38,319 bases of DNA from Pseudomonadota bacterium (GCA_027619995.1 JAQCGR010000002.1:1-38319), one strand, 5' to 3'. Shown: positions 8,663 through 18,622, counted from the first letter of the stretch. A program made the numbers and translations. The notes: generated from the letters alone by a model not told the origin.

Positions 8663-9744
8663 CAATCGCCGTCCCGCGCATTGAATCCGATGGTCAGTCC
8701 GGTCCGATCGGCCAGGGGACCGGCCACCAGCACACGCAGCGAGCGAAGAAGCTCGATCAAGGTCTCCAACTTTTCGCGGGCGACCGAATCGGCCACCGCG
8801 TCGTGCAAGGGCATACCGATCCCGCCGGCCATGGCGATGGCCTCGTCGAATTGGCGCAACATGCCGTCGGCCAGAGGCTCGAGACCTTCCGCCGCCAGAA
8901 GATTCCGGAAGGCGCCGGGCGTGGCATAGAGCGCGCGAGCGGTTTCGAGATTGGCGGCGATATCGCGCAGAGAACGGCGACTGCGCCAGCTTTCGGCACG
9001 GGTCGGGCGCGCCTGCGCCAAGTCTTTGCCCAGGGGCCGTTCCAATTTTTCGACAACGATCTCATCGAGGAGGCCGGCTAGGTTTTTGAGATAATCCGCC
9101 GAAGCCTCCGCCGCATCAAAGAAGGCGTCATTCCCGCGCGCGGCCGTCACGATTTTGGTGCGAAAGCCGTCCTCGCCGGTCCAGGCTACCAGCAATTCTC
9201 GGGCGATAGCCGCCTGACGGTCCGCGATCGTAGCGGCCAGGGAGCAACGATAACTGCCGGGCACCGCGACCCCGCCATCCTCCGGAAAGAACAGATATTC
9301 GAGAGCCTTCAAGTCGCCCAAGGCGACGCTCTTGCTCTCCAATCCGGCAGAGGCGAGCAGGGCCGGGTCCTCGGCTTGAAGGGCCAGACGGATCTGACGG
9401 GCGCCGGTGCCGCGCTTGTCCGGCCAGAACTCGATCCGCGCTATTCCCGTGCCTTGCAGAATCGGGCCCATGGCGATAGGCCGGATCCGCTGCCAGGCGT
9501 CCATCGCGGCGTGATACTGCGCAACCACCGTCGCCTCGACACCCGACCTCGTCCCGGCGCAAAAGCCCTGCATGGCCTCGGCAAAATCCGCCGTCGCCGT
9601 GGCATGACCGGCATAGCCCGGCATGACGACATCATCGACCAGGGCAATGTTGAGCGCTTCGTATTCCGTGCTGCCATGCGCCCATGCCTGCGATCCGGCG
9701 AGCACGGCAAATAGGGTCAGAGCGGCGCAAACGCGGAGAATCAT
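8662..9744 (-). CDS. imelysin-like (peptidase M75 fold) periplasmic protein lacking the HxxE motif
   Basis: 360-codon ORF with a signal peptide (MILRVCAALTLFAVLAGSQAWA). All-helical imelysin-like sequence. The equivalent of the HxxE site reads KALEYLFFPED, with no His. Confidence 0.78.
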   Translation of the reverse strand: MILRVCAALTLFAVLAGSQAWAHGSTEYEALNIALVDDVVMPGYAGHATATADFAEAMQGFCAGTRSGVEATVVAQYHAAMDAWQRIRPIAMGPILQGTGIARIEFWPDKRGTGARQIRLALQAEDPALLASAGLESKSVALGDLKALEYLFFPEDGGVAVPGSYRCSLAATIADRQAAIARELLVAWTGEDGFRTKIVTAARGNDAFFDAAEASADYLKNLAGLLDEIVVEKLERPLGKDLAQARPTRAESWRSRRSLRDIAANLETARALYATPGAFRNLLAAEGLEPLADGMLRQFDEAIAMAGGIGMPLHDAVADSVAREKLETLIELLRSLRVLVAGPLADRTGLTIGFNARDGD

Positions 9745-9757
9745 ATTTTGGATACTG

Positions 9758-11266
<1,509 letters not shown>

Positions 11267-11315
11267 CACGCCGCCCCAATCCGGCCCGACCGATTCCGGC
11301 CCGGCCATTTCCGTC

Positions 11316-12597
11316 TTATTCGAAAACCCTGTCAGGGGCATCCAGGCTGTCCGAACCCTCGAATTCCAGACCCGCGATACTCAGGGCCGCGACCATGCGC
11401 TCGATCGACTTGGTCTGACCGACCAGCGCATCGACGAGCGACTGAATCAGGCTATTGCCCAACTCGTTGCCTTCGCCCAGCATCTGGTCATAGGCCATGA
11501 CACCACTATCCGCCTCGGCCTTGATCAGACCGGCGGCGTTCAGGCTGGCCTCCAGCCCCGCGCGCATCTCGCGGTCGAGCGCCGGGTCCTTGGCGCCGAT
11601 CAAATCGGAAAGGCCCGGCCCCTGCACGATGCGGCCGTCGATCCGCCGATAGGCCCCGATATAGACGTTCCGCATGCCCAGAACATCGTAGAAATGCGAG
11701 TTATGGGTGTTGTCGGAGAAGCAGTCATGTTCCTCCTCCGGATCGTGCAGCATGAGACCCAGCTTGATCCGCTCGCCCGCCATCTCGCCATAGGACAGGC
11801 TGCCCATCCCGATCAGGATCTTGGCCAGACCCTGTTCGGGATTGCCTTCCATGACCCCGGCGCGGGCCGCGCCGTCCGGGCCCCAATCGGCGGTCATCTC
11901 CTCGAGATCGGAAATGAGCAACCGGATAGCAGCCGTCAAATAGTCTCCCCGCCGGTCGCAATTCCCGCCCGTGCAGGCCTCGCCCGCCGCGAAATCGGTC
12001 CAGGGCCGCGCCCCCGCCCCCGCATTCGTGCCGTTGAGGTCCTGGCCCCAGAGCAGGAATTCGATCGCGTGATAGCCGGTGGCGACATTGGCCTCGACTT
12101 CGTCGATTTCATGCAGCGCTCGAATCAGGGTTTCGTCGATCTTGCTTGCATCGACGTCCTTCCCGCCGATGGACAGGGAAGGATTGGCGATGACATTGGC
12201 GTTGCGGAACAGGTTCTCGCCGCCGCCCTCGCCGTAGATGCTCGCCTCGACATAATCGATCAGACCTTCGTCGAGCGGCCAGGCGTTGACCTTGCCCTCC
12301 CATTCATCGACCAGGACGTTGCCGAAACGATAGACCTCCGACTGTTGATAGGGCGCGCGCTGCCCGCCAGGCTGCTTTCGCGGCTTCATGGCCCGCCGCG
12401 CTCGGTGCGGCCAGAAAGCGCTGAATGGTCGCGTCCAGGGCCATCGCGGCGACCAGAGAATCCTCATAGGTCGCCTGCGCGATATCGGCATAGGTCCGGA
12501 GGACGGCGTCCGGTTCGGCCGCCTTCGCCCCGCCGGGCGCAAGTCCGACCACAAACGCGAACGCCAGGGCGGCGCCGGGCAAAAGGCTGTTTCGCAT
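11316..12597 (-). pseudogene. imelysin (IrpA/EfeO-M75-like, HxxE-containing) split by a frameshift in a (GC)n run
   Basis: The N-terminal part is in ORF 12304-12714, starting at ATG 12595-12597 with AAGGA upstream: MRNSLLPGAALAFAFVVGLAPGGAKA...AAKAAWRAARA. It continues in ORF 11316-12554 in another frame (PYQQSEVYRFGNVLVDEWEGKVNAWPLDEGLIDYV...GYHAIEFLLWGQD). The junction lies at gggcgcgcgc, 12351-12360. Confidence 0.75.
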
Positions 12598-12702
12598 CTT
12601 CAATCCTTTCGTCGCGAAAAACGGAAACGCGGCGCCGAACCCATCTCCGGGCCGGCCGCCCCTGCAATTCGGTGTCATTCGCAGGTGTTTAACGCGACAA
12701 GA

Positions 12703-12726
12703 ATGAGAATGCAAACGATTCGCAAT
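12703..12726. promoter_or_regulatory. operator-like 24-mer upstream of the imelysin operon, shared with the Fe3+ ABC operon
   Basis: The reverse complement ATTGCGAATCGTTTGCATTCTCAT matches ATTGCGAATTGATCGCATTCGCAA (33121-33144) at 19/24 positions. It lies 106-129 nt upstream of the imelysin ATG, in an AT-richer spacer. Confidence 0.4.
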
Positions 12727-12789
12727 ACCGATTGCTTAACTGGTTTGGGATCGTTTCCGAAGGATGGAAAACGCGGCGAAAACGAAGAC

Positions 12790-14865
12790 TCAGGCGGCGC
12801 GAAGCCAGACGGCGGTATCGTGAAAGACCGCGCCGCCATTGGGCTGGCCCGCATCGGCGCTGACCAGGAGGTTAATACCGATCCCCTCCTCGAAGGCCTT
12901 GTTCGGCCATATGCTCTCGACCACGATCACGCCGCGCTGCAACCCGTCGAAGGGTTTGGCATGAACGACGACCGAGCCCTTCTTGTTGCCGATGCGCACC
13001 CGGTCCCCTTCCGCAAGGCCGAGAGCGGTGCAGTCCTCGGGATGGATCATCGCGGTCGGGCGACCCTCGCGCTTGATCGAGGTCGGGGTTTCCGTGAAGG
13101 AGGAATTGAGGTAGTTGCGCGCCGGCGCCGTAACCATCCGAAACGGCCGGTCGTCGGTCGCAACGTCGATCGCGTCGAAATGGTCCGCAAAGGCGGGCAT
13201 GTCCTTCGGATTGGCGCCCAGCCCGCCCCAGTCCGGCGCGAATCGGAACACGCCGTTCTCCGTCGGGAAACCGTCCAGGAAATGCGCGGTTTCGAAGGGT
13301 GGGCAAAGATCGTGGCCACCGGCCTGATAGATCGTCGCGGCATCGGGCAGGCCGCTCGCCCTCAGGCAATCGTCCATCAGTTCCCAGGCCGTCTTGGCAA
13401 AACCCGGATGCTCCGCGCCGAGCCGCTCGGCCAGCCCGCGAATCACATCGTGATTCGACCGCGCCTCGGCCTGCGGCTCGATCACCGCCTTGGTGACCTG
13501 CAGAAAGGTATGGCCGCTGCCCTTGTAAAAATCGTCATGCTCCAGGAAGGTCGTCGCGGGCAGGACGATATCGGCCATCGCCGCCGTCTCGGTCATGAAC
13601 TGTTCATGCACGCAGACGAACAGATCGTCGCGCGCGAATCCCTCATGCACCTTGGCGAGTTCCGGGGCCACCATCATCGGGTTCGTGTTCTGGATGAACA
13701 TGGCCATGACCGGCGGCCCGTCGCCCAGGTCGGCCTTGTCGCCGACGAGGCAGGGGCCGATGCGCGACTGATCCAGGCTGCGGATCGAGGGGTCGAGCAT
13801 GTCCAATCCCTTGATTTCCGTCTGGTCGATATGGGCGTAGACGTCACTCTGGCCGTAGAGCGCGCCGCCGCCCTCCTGCGCTCAGGCGCCTGTCACGCCC
13901 GGCAGGCAGGACACGGCATGGACCTGGGCCGCGCCGTTGCGCGTGCGCGAGAAGCCATAGCCGACCCGGATATAACTGCGCTTGGTCGAGCCGTAGAGCT
14001 TGGCGAAGGTTTCGATTTCCTCGACCGGCAGGCCCGTGATGGCCGAGGCCCATTGCGGGCCGCGCAGGCGCAGATGCTCCTCGAAGGCCTCGGAATGGTC
14101 GGTGTATTTGGCCAGGTATTCGCGGTCGGCCATGCCGTCGCGAAACAGGATATGCATGACCGCGCAGGCCAGCGCCCCATCGGTGCCCGGGCGCACCGCC
14201 AGATGCATATCGGCCTGGGCTGCCGTGCCGGTGCGGTAGGGATCGACGACGACCAGCTTGGCGCCGCGCGCCTTCCGCGCCTTGGCGATATGGGTCATCA
14301 CATTGACCTGGGTCGAAACCGGGTTGCCGCCCCAGACGACGACCAGATCGGAATGCTGGATCTCGCGCGCATCGACGCCGCGTTTCTCGCCCGCCCCCGC
14401 CTTCCACCCGGCATCGGCCAGATTGGTGCAGATCGTGCTGAACTGGCGGTCATAGCCCATCAAATGGCGCAGCCGTTCTATTCCGTCGCGCTGCACCAGG
14501 CCCATCGTGCCGGCGTAGAAATAGGGATAGACCGATTGCCGGCCGTGCTTCTCGGCGATCTCGGTCAGATTGTCGGCGACGATATCCAGCGCCTCGTCCC
14601 AGGAAATCGGCTCGAAGGCGGCCAGACCGACGCCCTTGTCGCCGACCCGGCGAAGCGGCTGCTTGAGCCGGTCCGGGTGATGCACCCGCTCGGCATAGCG
14701 CGCGACCTTGGCGCAGATCACTCCGTCCGTGTAATCGTTCCGCCGCGAACCGTGGACCCGCCCGATGGTCTTGGCGTCCAGGATCTCGACATCCAGCGCG
14801 CAGGTGCTGGGACAATCATGCGGACAGGCGCTGGGCAGGATCTGGATGGCATCGTCCCGCGGCAT
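12790..14865 (-). pseudogene. cytoplasmic molybdopterin (bis-MGD) oxidoreductase family protein interrupted by one in-frame TGA
   Basis: ORFs 13882-14865 (N-terminal half, 4Fe-4S motif CPHDCPSTC...C, ATG 14863-14865, GAGG upstream) and 12790-13806 (C-terminal half) are in the same frame. The 75 nt between them are open and encode family-like sequence (AQEGGGALYGQSDVYAHIDQTEIKGL). The only interruption is TGA at 13882-13884 (...CLPGVTGA-TGA-AQEGGG...). No signal peptide. Confidence 0.8.
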
Positions 14866-14962
14866 GGTTGGACCTCGCTGTCTGGATATCAGACTCGAAT
14901 CTATGCCTCGCGCCGAACCGCGGCAAGCCGGACGGGAAGGTCTGGCGAAAGCCTTCTCCCCC

Positions 14963-16117
14963 CTACTCCCATTCCGCGTCGGCCTGATCGGGCGCGCCGA
15001 TCAGGGTGCCGAGCGGATTGAAGGCGTAATAGACGAAGGCGAAGGTGAGCTGGAAGGGAATCGACACGAGGCCGTTTTCCGTCCGCCGCTCGACCGTCAC
15101 GATGCCGACATCGCGTCCTTGCGATACGAAGAGATGATCGAGCGCGGAGAGGCGCCCGGGTTCCCAGGTGATGACGAGATCGCCCTCCTTGAGCCTGCCG
15201 CGTTGGCGCAGATAAGCCAAGCTCCAAGCCTTGTCGCCGACCGCGACGACACGCGCCATGGGCGGCACCGCTGGATGGTAGGGCCCATCGTAGTAGGTCG
15301 TGAACGGCCCCGTGCGCGAATCATATTTGGGATAGGGGTTGCGCCCATAGGGATTGGAACCGCGATCGGTGGGAATCAACAATTGGCCGTCGGGATGGCG
15401 GGCCTGGAAGGACGCGACCGATTCCATCCGCGCCGGCAGCATGATCAGGCGCTCGCCCGCATGGGCGCCCGAAATGGCTTCGCCCGTGAACTGTTGCCAC
15501 CAGCTTTCGGTCTCGCGGTCGTACATGATGAGGTTCGAGGCCCGCAGCTTGCCCGTGACCCCGAAGTCGAGCAACTCGTCGCCCAGCCGCCTGTCGAAGA
15601 CGATTCCCGAATCGCAGAACGGACAATAGGTGACGGCCACGGGCACACCGCCGACCGTGTCGTTGACGACTTCGTGCCACATCAGGGTGCGCAGGGGATA
15701 GGCGCGCGCATCGTTGTTGAAGACGATGCTGATCACCGGTTCCTTCTTTGAAACGCTGCCCCTCGCCTCCGAGACCGGCTGGAAGATGGGCTGGTCGAGG
15801 GCCTGAACGATGCCGAAATCGACGGCTGTCACGATGCCCGCCGGATCGACCGTCATCTGATCGAAATCGCCCTTGGGAAACTCTTTCCGCCAGTACTCCA
15901 TCGGTCCGATCTTGGCGAGCGCCTGCGCCTCGGCGATGCCGTTCTTGATCGGTGGCCGCTCCGCCGGGGTCTCGACCTTGTAGGATTCGTGAGGATCGTT
16001 CGACTCGAAGAACCCCGTGAACAACCAGACCAGCACGCCCACGGCGATCGCCACAGCCACTGTCTGCAGCGCCAGCTTGATCATGGCCCGCTCGAACCCG
16101 AATCCGCCCTTGCTCAC
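14963..16117 (-). CDS. DUF3179 domain protein with N-terminal membrane anchor
   Basis: Core VAVTYCPFCDSGIVFDRRL...FGVTGKLRASNLIMYDRETESWWQQFTGEAISG matches my memory of DUF3179. TM segment LALQTVAVAIAVGVLVWLF. The tracked start is GTG at 16115-16117; an alternative ATG is at 16082-16084. Confidence 0.78.
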   Translation of the reverse strand: MSKGGFGFERAMIKLALQTVAVAIAVGVLVWLFTGFFESNDPHESYKVETPAERPPIKNGIAEAQALAKIGPMEYWRKEFPKGDFDQMTVDPAGIVTAVDFGIVQALDQPIFQPVSEARGSVSKKEPVISIVFNNDARAYPLRTLMWHEVVNDTVGGVPVAVTYCPFCDSGIVFDRRLGDELLDFGVTGKLRASNLIMYDRETESWWQQFTGEAISGAHAGERLIMLPARMESVASFQARHPDGQLLIPTDRGSNPYGRNPYPKYDSRTGPFTTYYDGPYHPAVPPMARVVAVGDKAWSLAYLRQRGRLKEGDLVITWEPGRLSALDHLFVSQGRDVGIVTVERRTENGLVSIPFQLTFAFVYYAFNPLGTLIGAPDQADAEWE

Positions 16118-16338
16118 GCCGTCCCATCCATTTCACAGGATTCCGCCACGCCGAATCCCAGCTGACTTTGGCCCCGACCCTAGCCCTGGGCGCGGGCACA
16201 GCAAGAGGAATGATTCCACGGCGCCCTGCGCGAGCGAAAAGAAGCACCGAATACGCCCTCGGCAGCGCCGGAAAAGCCCGATTCGGCTATGATGAAGGGA
16301 CCGCGCGAAACGCCGATCGGCAAAGCCAAGGCACACGA

Positions 16339-17550
16339 ATGAAAGACCCATCCTTCACCGCAGACCCCGCCGGACTTCGCCTCGCTCTGGAAGCACTTCT
16401 CGACGCGCCCGACGGGGCCGGTTCACAAGCGCTGCCGGACACGCTGCCGGAGAGCGGGCTGGGCGAAAAGGCCGTTATCGAACGGCTGAAGCCGATCGTA
16501 CTCGGCGGGGCGCGGCGTCTCGGCGCGCCTGATGCCTTCGCCCATATGGACCCGCCCACGCCCTGGATCGCCTGGGCAACGACCCAGTGGAACGCGGCAC
16601 TCAATCAGAATCTGCTGCACCCCGACGTGGCGCCCATCGCGCGCGGGATCGAAGCCCGGGTCGTCGATTGGCTCGCTCCCGGATTCGGCATGGACGGCGG
16701 CCATATGACGCCCGGCTCGACCGTCGCCAATCTGACCGCGCTCTGGGCCGCACGCGAGTTGCGCGGCGTTCGGGCCGTCATCGCCTCCGACGCCGCCCAT
16801 CTGTCGGTCGCCAAAGCAGCGCATCTGCTCGGCCTCGCCTTTCATCCCATCCCCGCCGATACTTGCGGAAGGTTGAACCGGGACCGGCTTCCCGACGATC
16901 TCGGCAACTGCGCCCTCGTCCTGACTGCCGGCACGACCAGTGCGGGCGCTATCGACGATCTCTCATTGTCGGGCCGCGCCGCCTGGACCCATATCGACGC
17001 AGCCTGGGCCGGGCCGCTGCGCTTCTCGACGCGCCACGCCGCGCGGCTCGATGGCATCCAGAATGCCGATTCCGTGGCGGTTTCGGCCCATAAATGGTTG
17101 TTCCAGCCGAAGGAGTCCGGGCTGATCCTGTTTCGCGACACGGAACCCGCCCATCAGGCGGTCAGTTTCGGCGGCGCCTATCTCGCCGCCCCGAATGTCG
17201 GCCTGCTCGGCTCTCACGGCGCGGTCGCAGTGCCGCTGCTCGCAACCCTGCTGGCCTGGGGCCGGACCGGGCTGGCAGAACGGATCGACAGGGCGATGGG
17301 ACTCGCGGAGGATCTCCGGCAGCGGCTCGACAGCCATCCCGGCGCGGTGCTGTTCGGGCCGAATGTCAGCGGCGTCCTGCTCTGGCGCCCGGCTTCGGAA
17401 GTGTCCGCGCCGGATTTCCTTGCCCGTCTGCCGGCCGGCTCGACCTCCGTCACCCGGATCGACGGCGTGGACTGGCTGCGCAACGTCGCGGCAAATCCCT
17501 GCGCCGATATCGACCTGCTATGGGCCGGGATCGAGCGCGCCCTCGCCTGA
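16339..17550 (+). CDS. pyridoxal-phosphate-dependent decarboxylase family protein (group II, fold type I)
   Basis: PLP-lysine segment SVAVSAHKWLFQPKESGLILFRD, with the preceding TAGTTSAGAIDD segment typical of group II decarboxylases. The start is placed at ATG 16339 (MKDPSFT...); the 57-codon upstream extension looks non-coding. Confidence 0.75.
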   Translation: MKDPSFTADPAGLRLALEALLDAPDGAGSQALPDTLPESGLGEKAVIERLKPIVLGGARRLGAPDAFAHMDPPTPWIAWATTQWNAALNQNLLHPDVAPIARGIEARVVDWLAPGFGMDGGHMTPGSTVANLTALWAARELRGVRAVIASDAAHLSVAKAAHLLGLAFHPIPADTCGRLNRDRLPDDLGNCALVLTAGTTSAGAIDDLSLSGRAAWTHIDAAWAGPLRFSTRHAARLDGIQNADSVAVSAHKWLFQPKESGLILFRDTEPAHQAVSFGGAYLAAPNVGLLGSHGAVAVPLLATLLAWGRTGLAERIDRAMGLAEDLRQRLDSHPGAVLFGPNVSGVLLWRPASEVSAPDFLARLPAGSTSVTRIDGVDWLRNVAANPCADIDLLWAGIERALA

Positions 17551-17553
17551 CCG

Positions 17554-18393
17554 TTATTTTCGCTTGGGCCGCATCTTGTCCCAATCGGCATCGCTCATCC
17601 GGTGCAGGAAGCTGAACTGGCCCGCGCCCTTGAGCCAATCGCCACCGTCGATGGTGACGCATTCGCCATTGATATAGCCGCACTCGTCGGCGACCAGGAA
17701 AACGGCAAGCTGGGCCAATTCGTCATGGCGGCCCGGCCGGCCGAGTGGCGGCCGGGTCTCGAACTCTTCGGCCAAGTCCTTGTTCGGCACCAGGCGCGAC
17801 CACGCCCCTTCGGTCGGGAAGGGCCCCGGCGCGATGGCGTTGAGGCGGATGCCCTTGGGACCCCACTCGACCGCGAGACTCTGTGTCATCGCCAGGACGC
17901 CCGCTTTGGCCATGGCCGAAGGCAGGACATAGGCCGATCCGGTCCAGGCATAGGTCGTGACGATGGACAGGACATTGCCTTCCCGCCCCGCGGCGATCCA
18001 CCGCTTGCCCGCGGCCAGGGTGCAATAGGCGGAGCCCTGCAGCACGATGCCCAGAACGGCGTTGATGGCGTTGGGACTCAACTCCTCGGCCTTGGCCAGG
18101 AAATTCCCCGCCGCGTTGTTGACCAGGATATCGAGCGGCCCCTCGGCCCAGATCGCCTCCATCATGTCATCGACCGCCTGGGGATCGCGGATATCGCAGC
18201 GGTGATAGCTGACCGTGCCGCCGGTCTCCGCGCTATGTTCTCGCGCGGTCTCCGCCAACACCTCCTCGCGCCGGCCGAAGATGACGAGTTCCGCGCCCAG
18301 TTCCAAGTAGCGCCGGCCCATGGCCTTGCCCAGGCCGGTGCCGCCGCCGGTGATGAGAATCTTCTTGCCCTTCAGCAGGTCGTCGCGAAACAC
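17554..18393 (-). CDS. SDR family oxidoreductase, 2,4-dienoyl-CoA-reductase-like
   Basis: Rossmann motif ILITGGGTGLG, NNAAG, and an S...AKAG active-site region. GTG start at 18391-18393 preceded by GGAGGAGG. Confidence 0.82.
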   Translation of the reverse strand: MFRDDLLKGKKILITGGGTGLGKAMGRRYLELGAELVIFGRREEVLAETAREHSAETGGTVSYHRCDIRDPQAVDDMMEAIWAEGPLDILVNNAAGNFLAKAEELSPNAINAVLGIVLQGSAYCTLAAGKRWIAAGREGNVLSIVTTYAWTGSAYVLPSAMAKAGVLAMTQSLAVEWGPKGIRLNAIAPGPFPTEGAWSRLVPNKDLAEEFETRPPLGRPGRHDELAQLAVFLVADECGYINGECVTIDGGDWLKGAGQFSFLHRMSDADWDKMRPKRK

Positions 18394-18449
18394 GCGCCAC
18401 CCTCCTCCATATGGTCGATGCTAAAGCCGCGCCGAGATGTACCCGGTCG

Positions 18450-18622
18450 CGCCAAGCTTGGCTATGGTGGCACGGCCCGGTCATGTTCCTCGAATACTGG
18501 CGCGACCCGAAGGCGCCGGAGAAGAAATTCGCTGCCTCCCTGCCCTGACCGCCACGGGCAAGATCATGCGCCGCGTGCTGCGCCAGCAGGAGATCGAGAA
18601 GACTCTGAACACGTCATCGTGA
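18450..18622 (+). pseudogene. relic of an AMP-forming acyl-CoA synthetase/ligase
   Basis: One frame reads ...HGPVMFLEYWRDPKAPEKKF (the GP-VM-GYW-P-T-F motif of adenylate-forming enzymes) up to TGA 18546-18548. A second frame, from about 18536, reads LPALTATGKIMRRVLRQQEIEK-stop (the C-terminal LP-T-SGKI-RR-LR motif). There is no room for the ~350 N-terminal residues or for the region between the two motifs. Confidence 0.55.

Noticed and set aside
12623-12778. Direct repeats GGAAACGCGGCG (12623-12634) and GGAAAACGCGGCG (12766-12778) flanking the operator-containing spacer
   Set aside because: They are short, GC-rich and imperfect. No terminal inverted repeats or mobile-element genes are nearby, so I cannot distinguish them from chance.
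13882-13884. Reading the in-frame TGA as selenocysteine, or as Trp under an alternative genetic code
   Set aside because: Several genes in the window terminate at TGA (for example 36-38 and 8662-8664) and no other gene has an internal TGA, so code 4 is excluded. The position is not the Mo-ligand site used by Sec enzymes, and I see no convincing SECIS-like hairpin or sel genes. This stays only as a remote possibility under the finding.
12388-15021. 877-aa plus-strand ORF, the longest in this part of the track
   Set aside because: It is antisense to the well-supported molybdopterin oxidoreductase and DUF3179 genes. It is Arg/Gly/Ala/Asp-rich with no recognisable motifs, which is the typical shadow ORF of a high-GC genome.
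16118-16338. 221-nt spacer between DUF3179 and the PLP decarboxylase, with small tracked ORFs (16133-16351 minus, 16017-16292 plus)
   Set aside because: The small ORFs have implausible composition and no motifs. I found no conserved-looking RNA structure or repeat, so this is treated as a divergent promoter region only.
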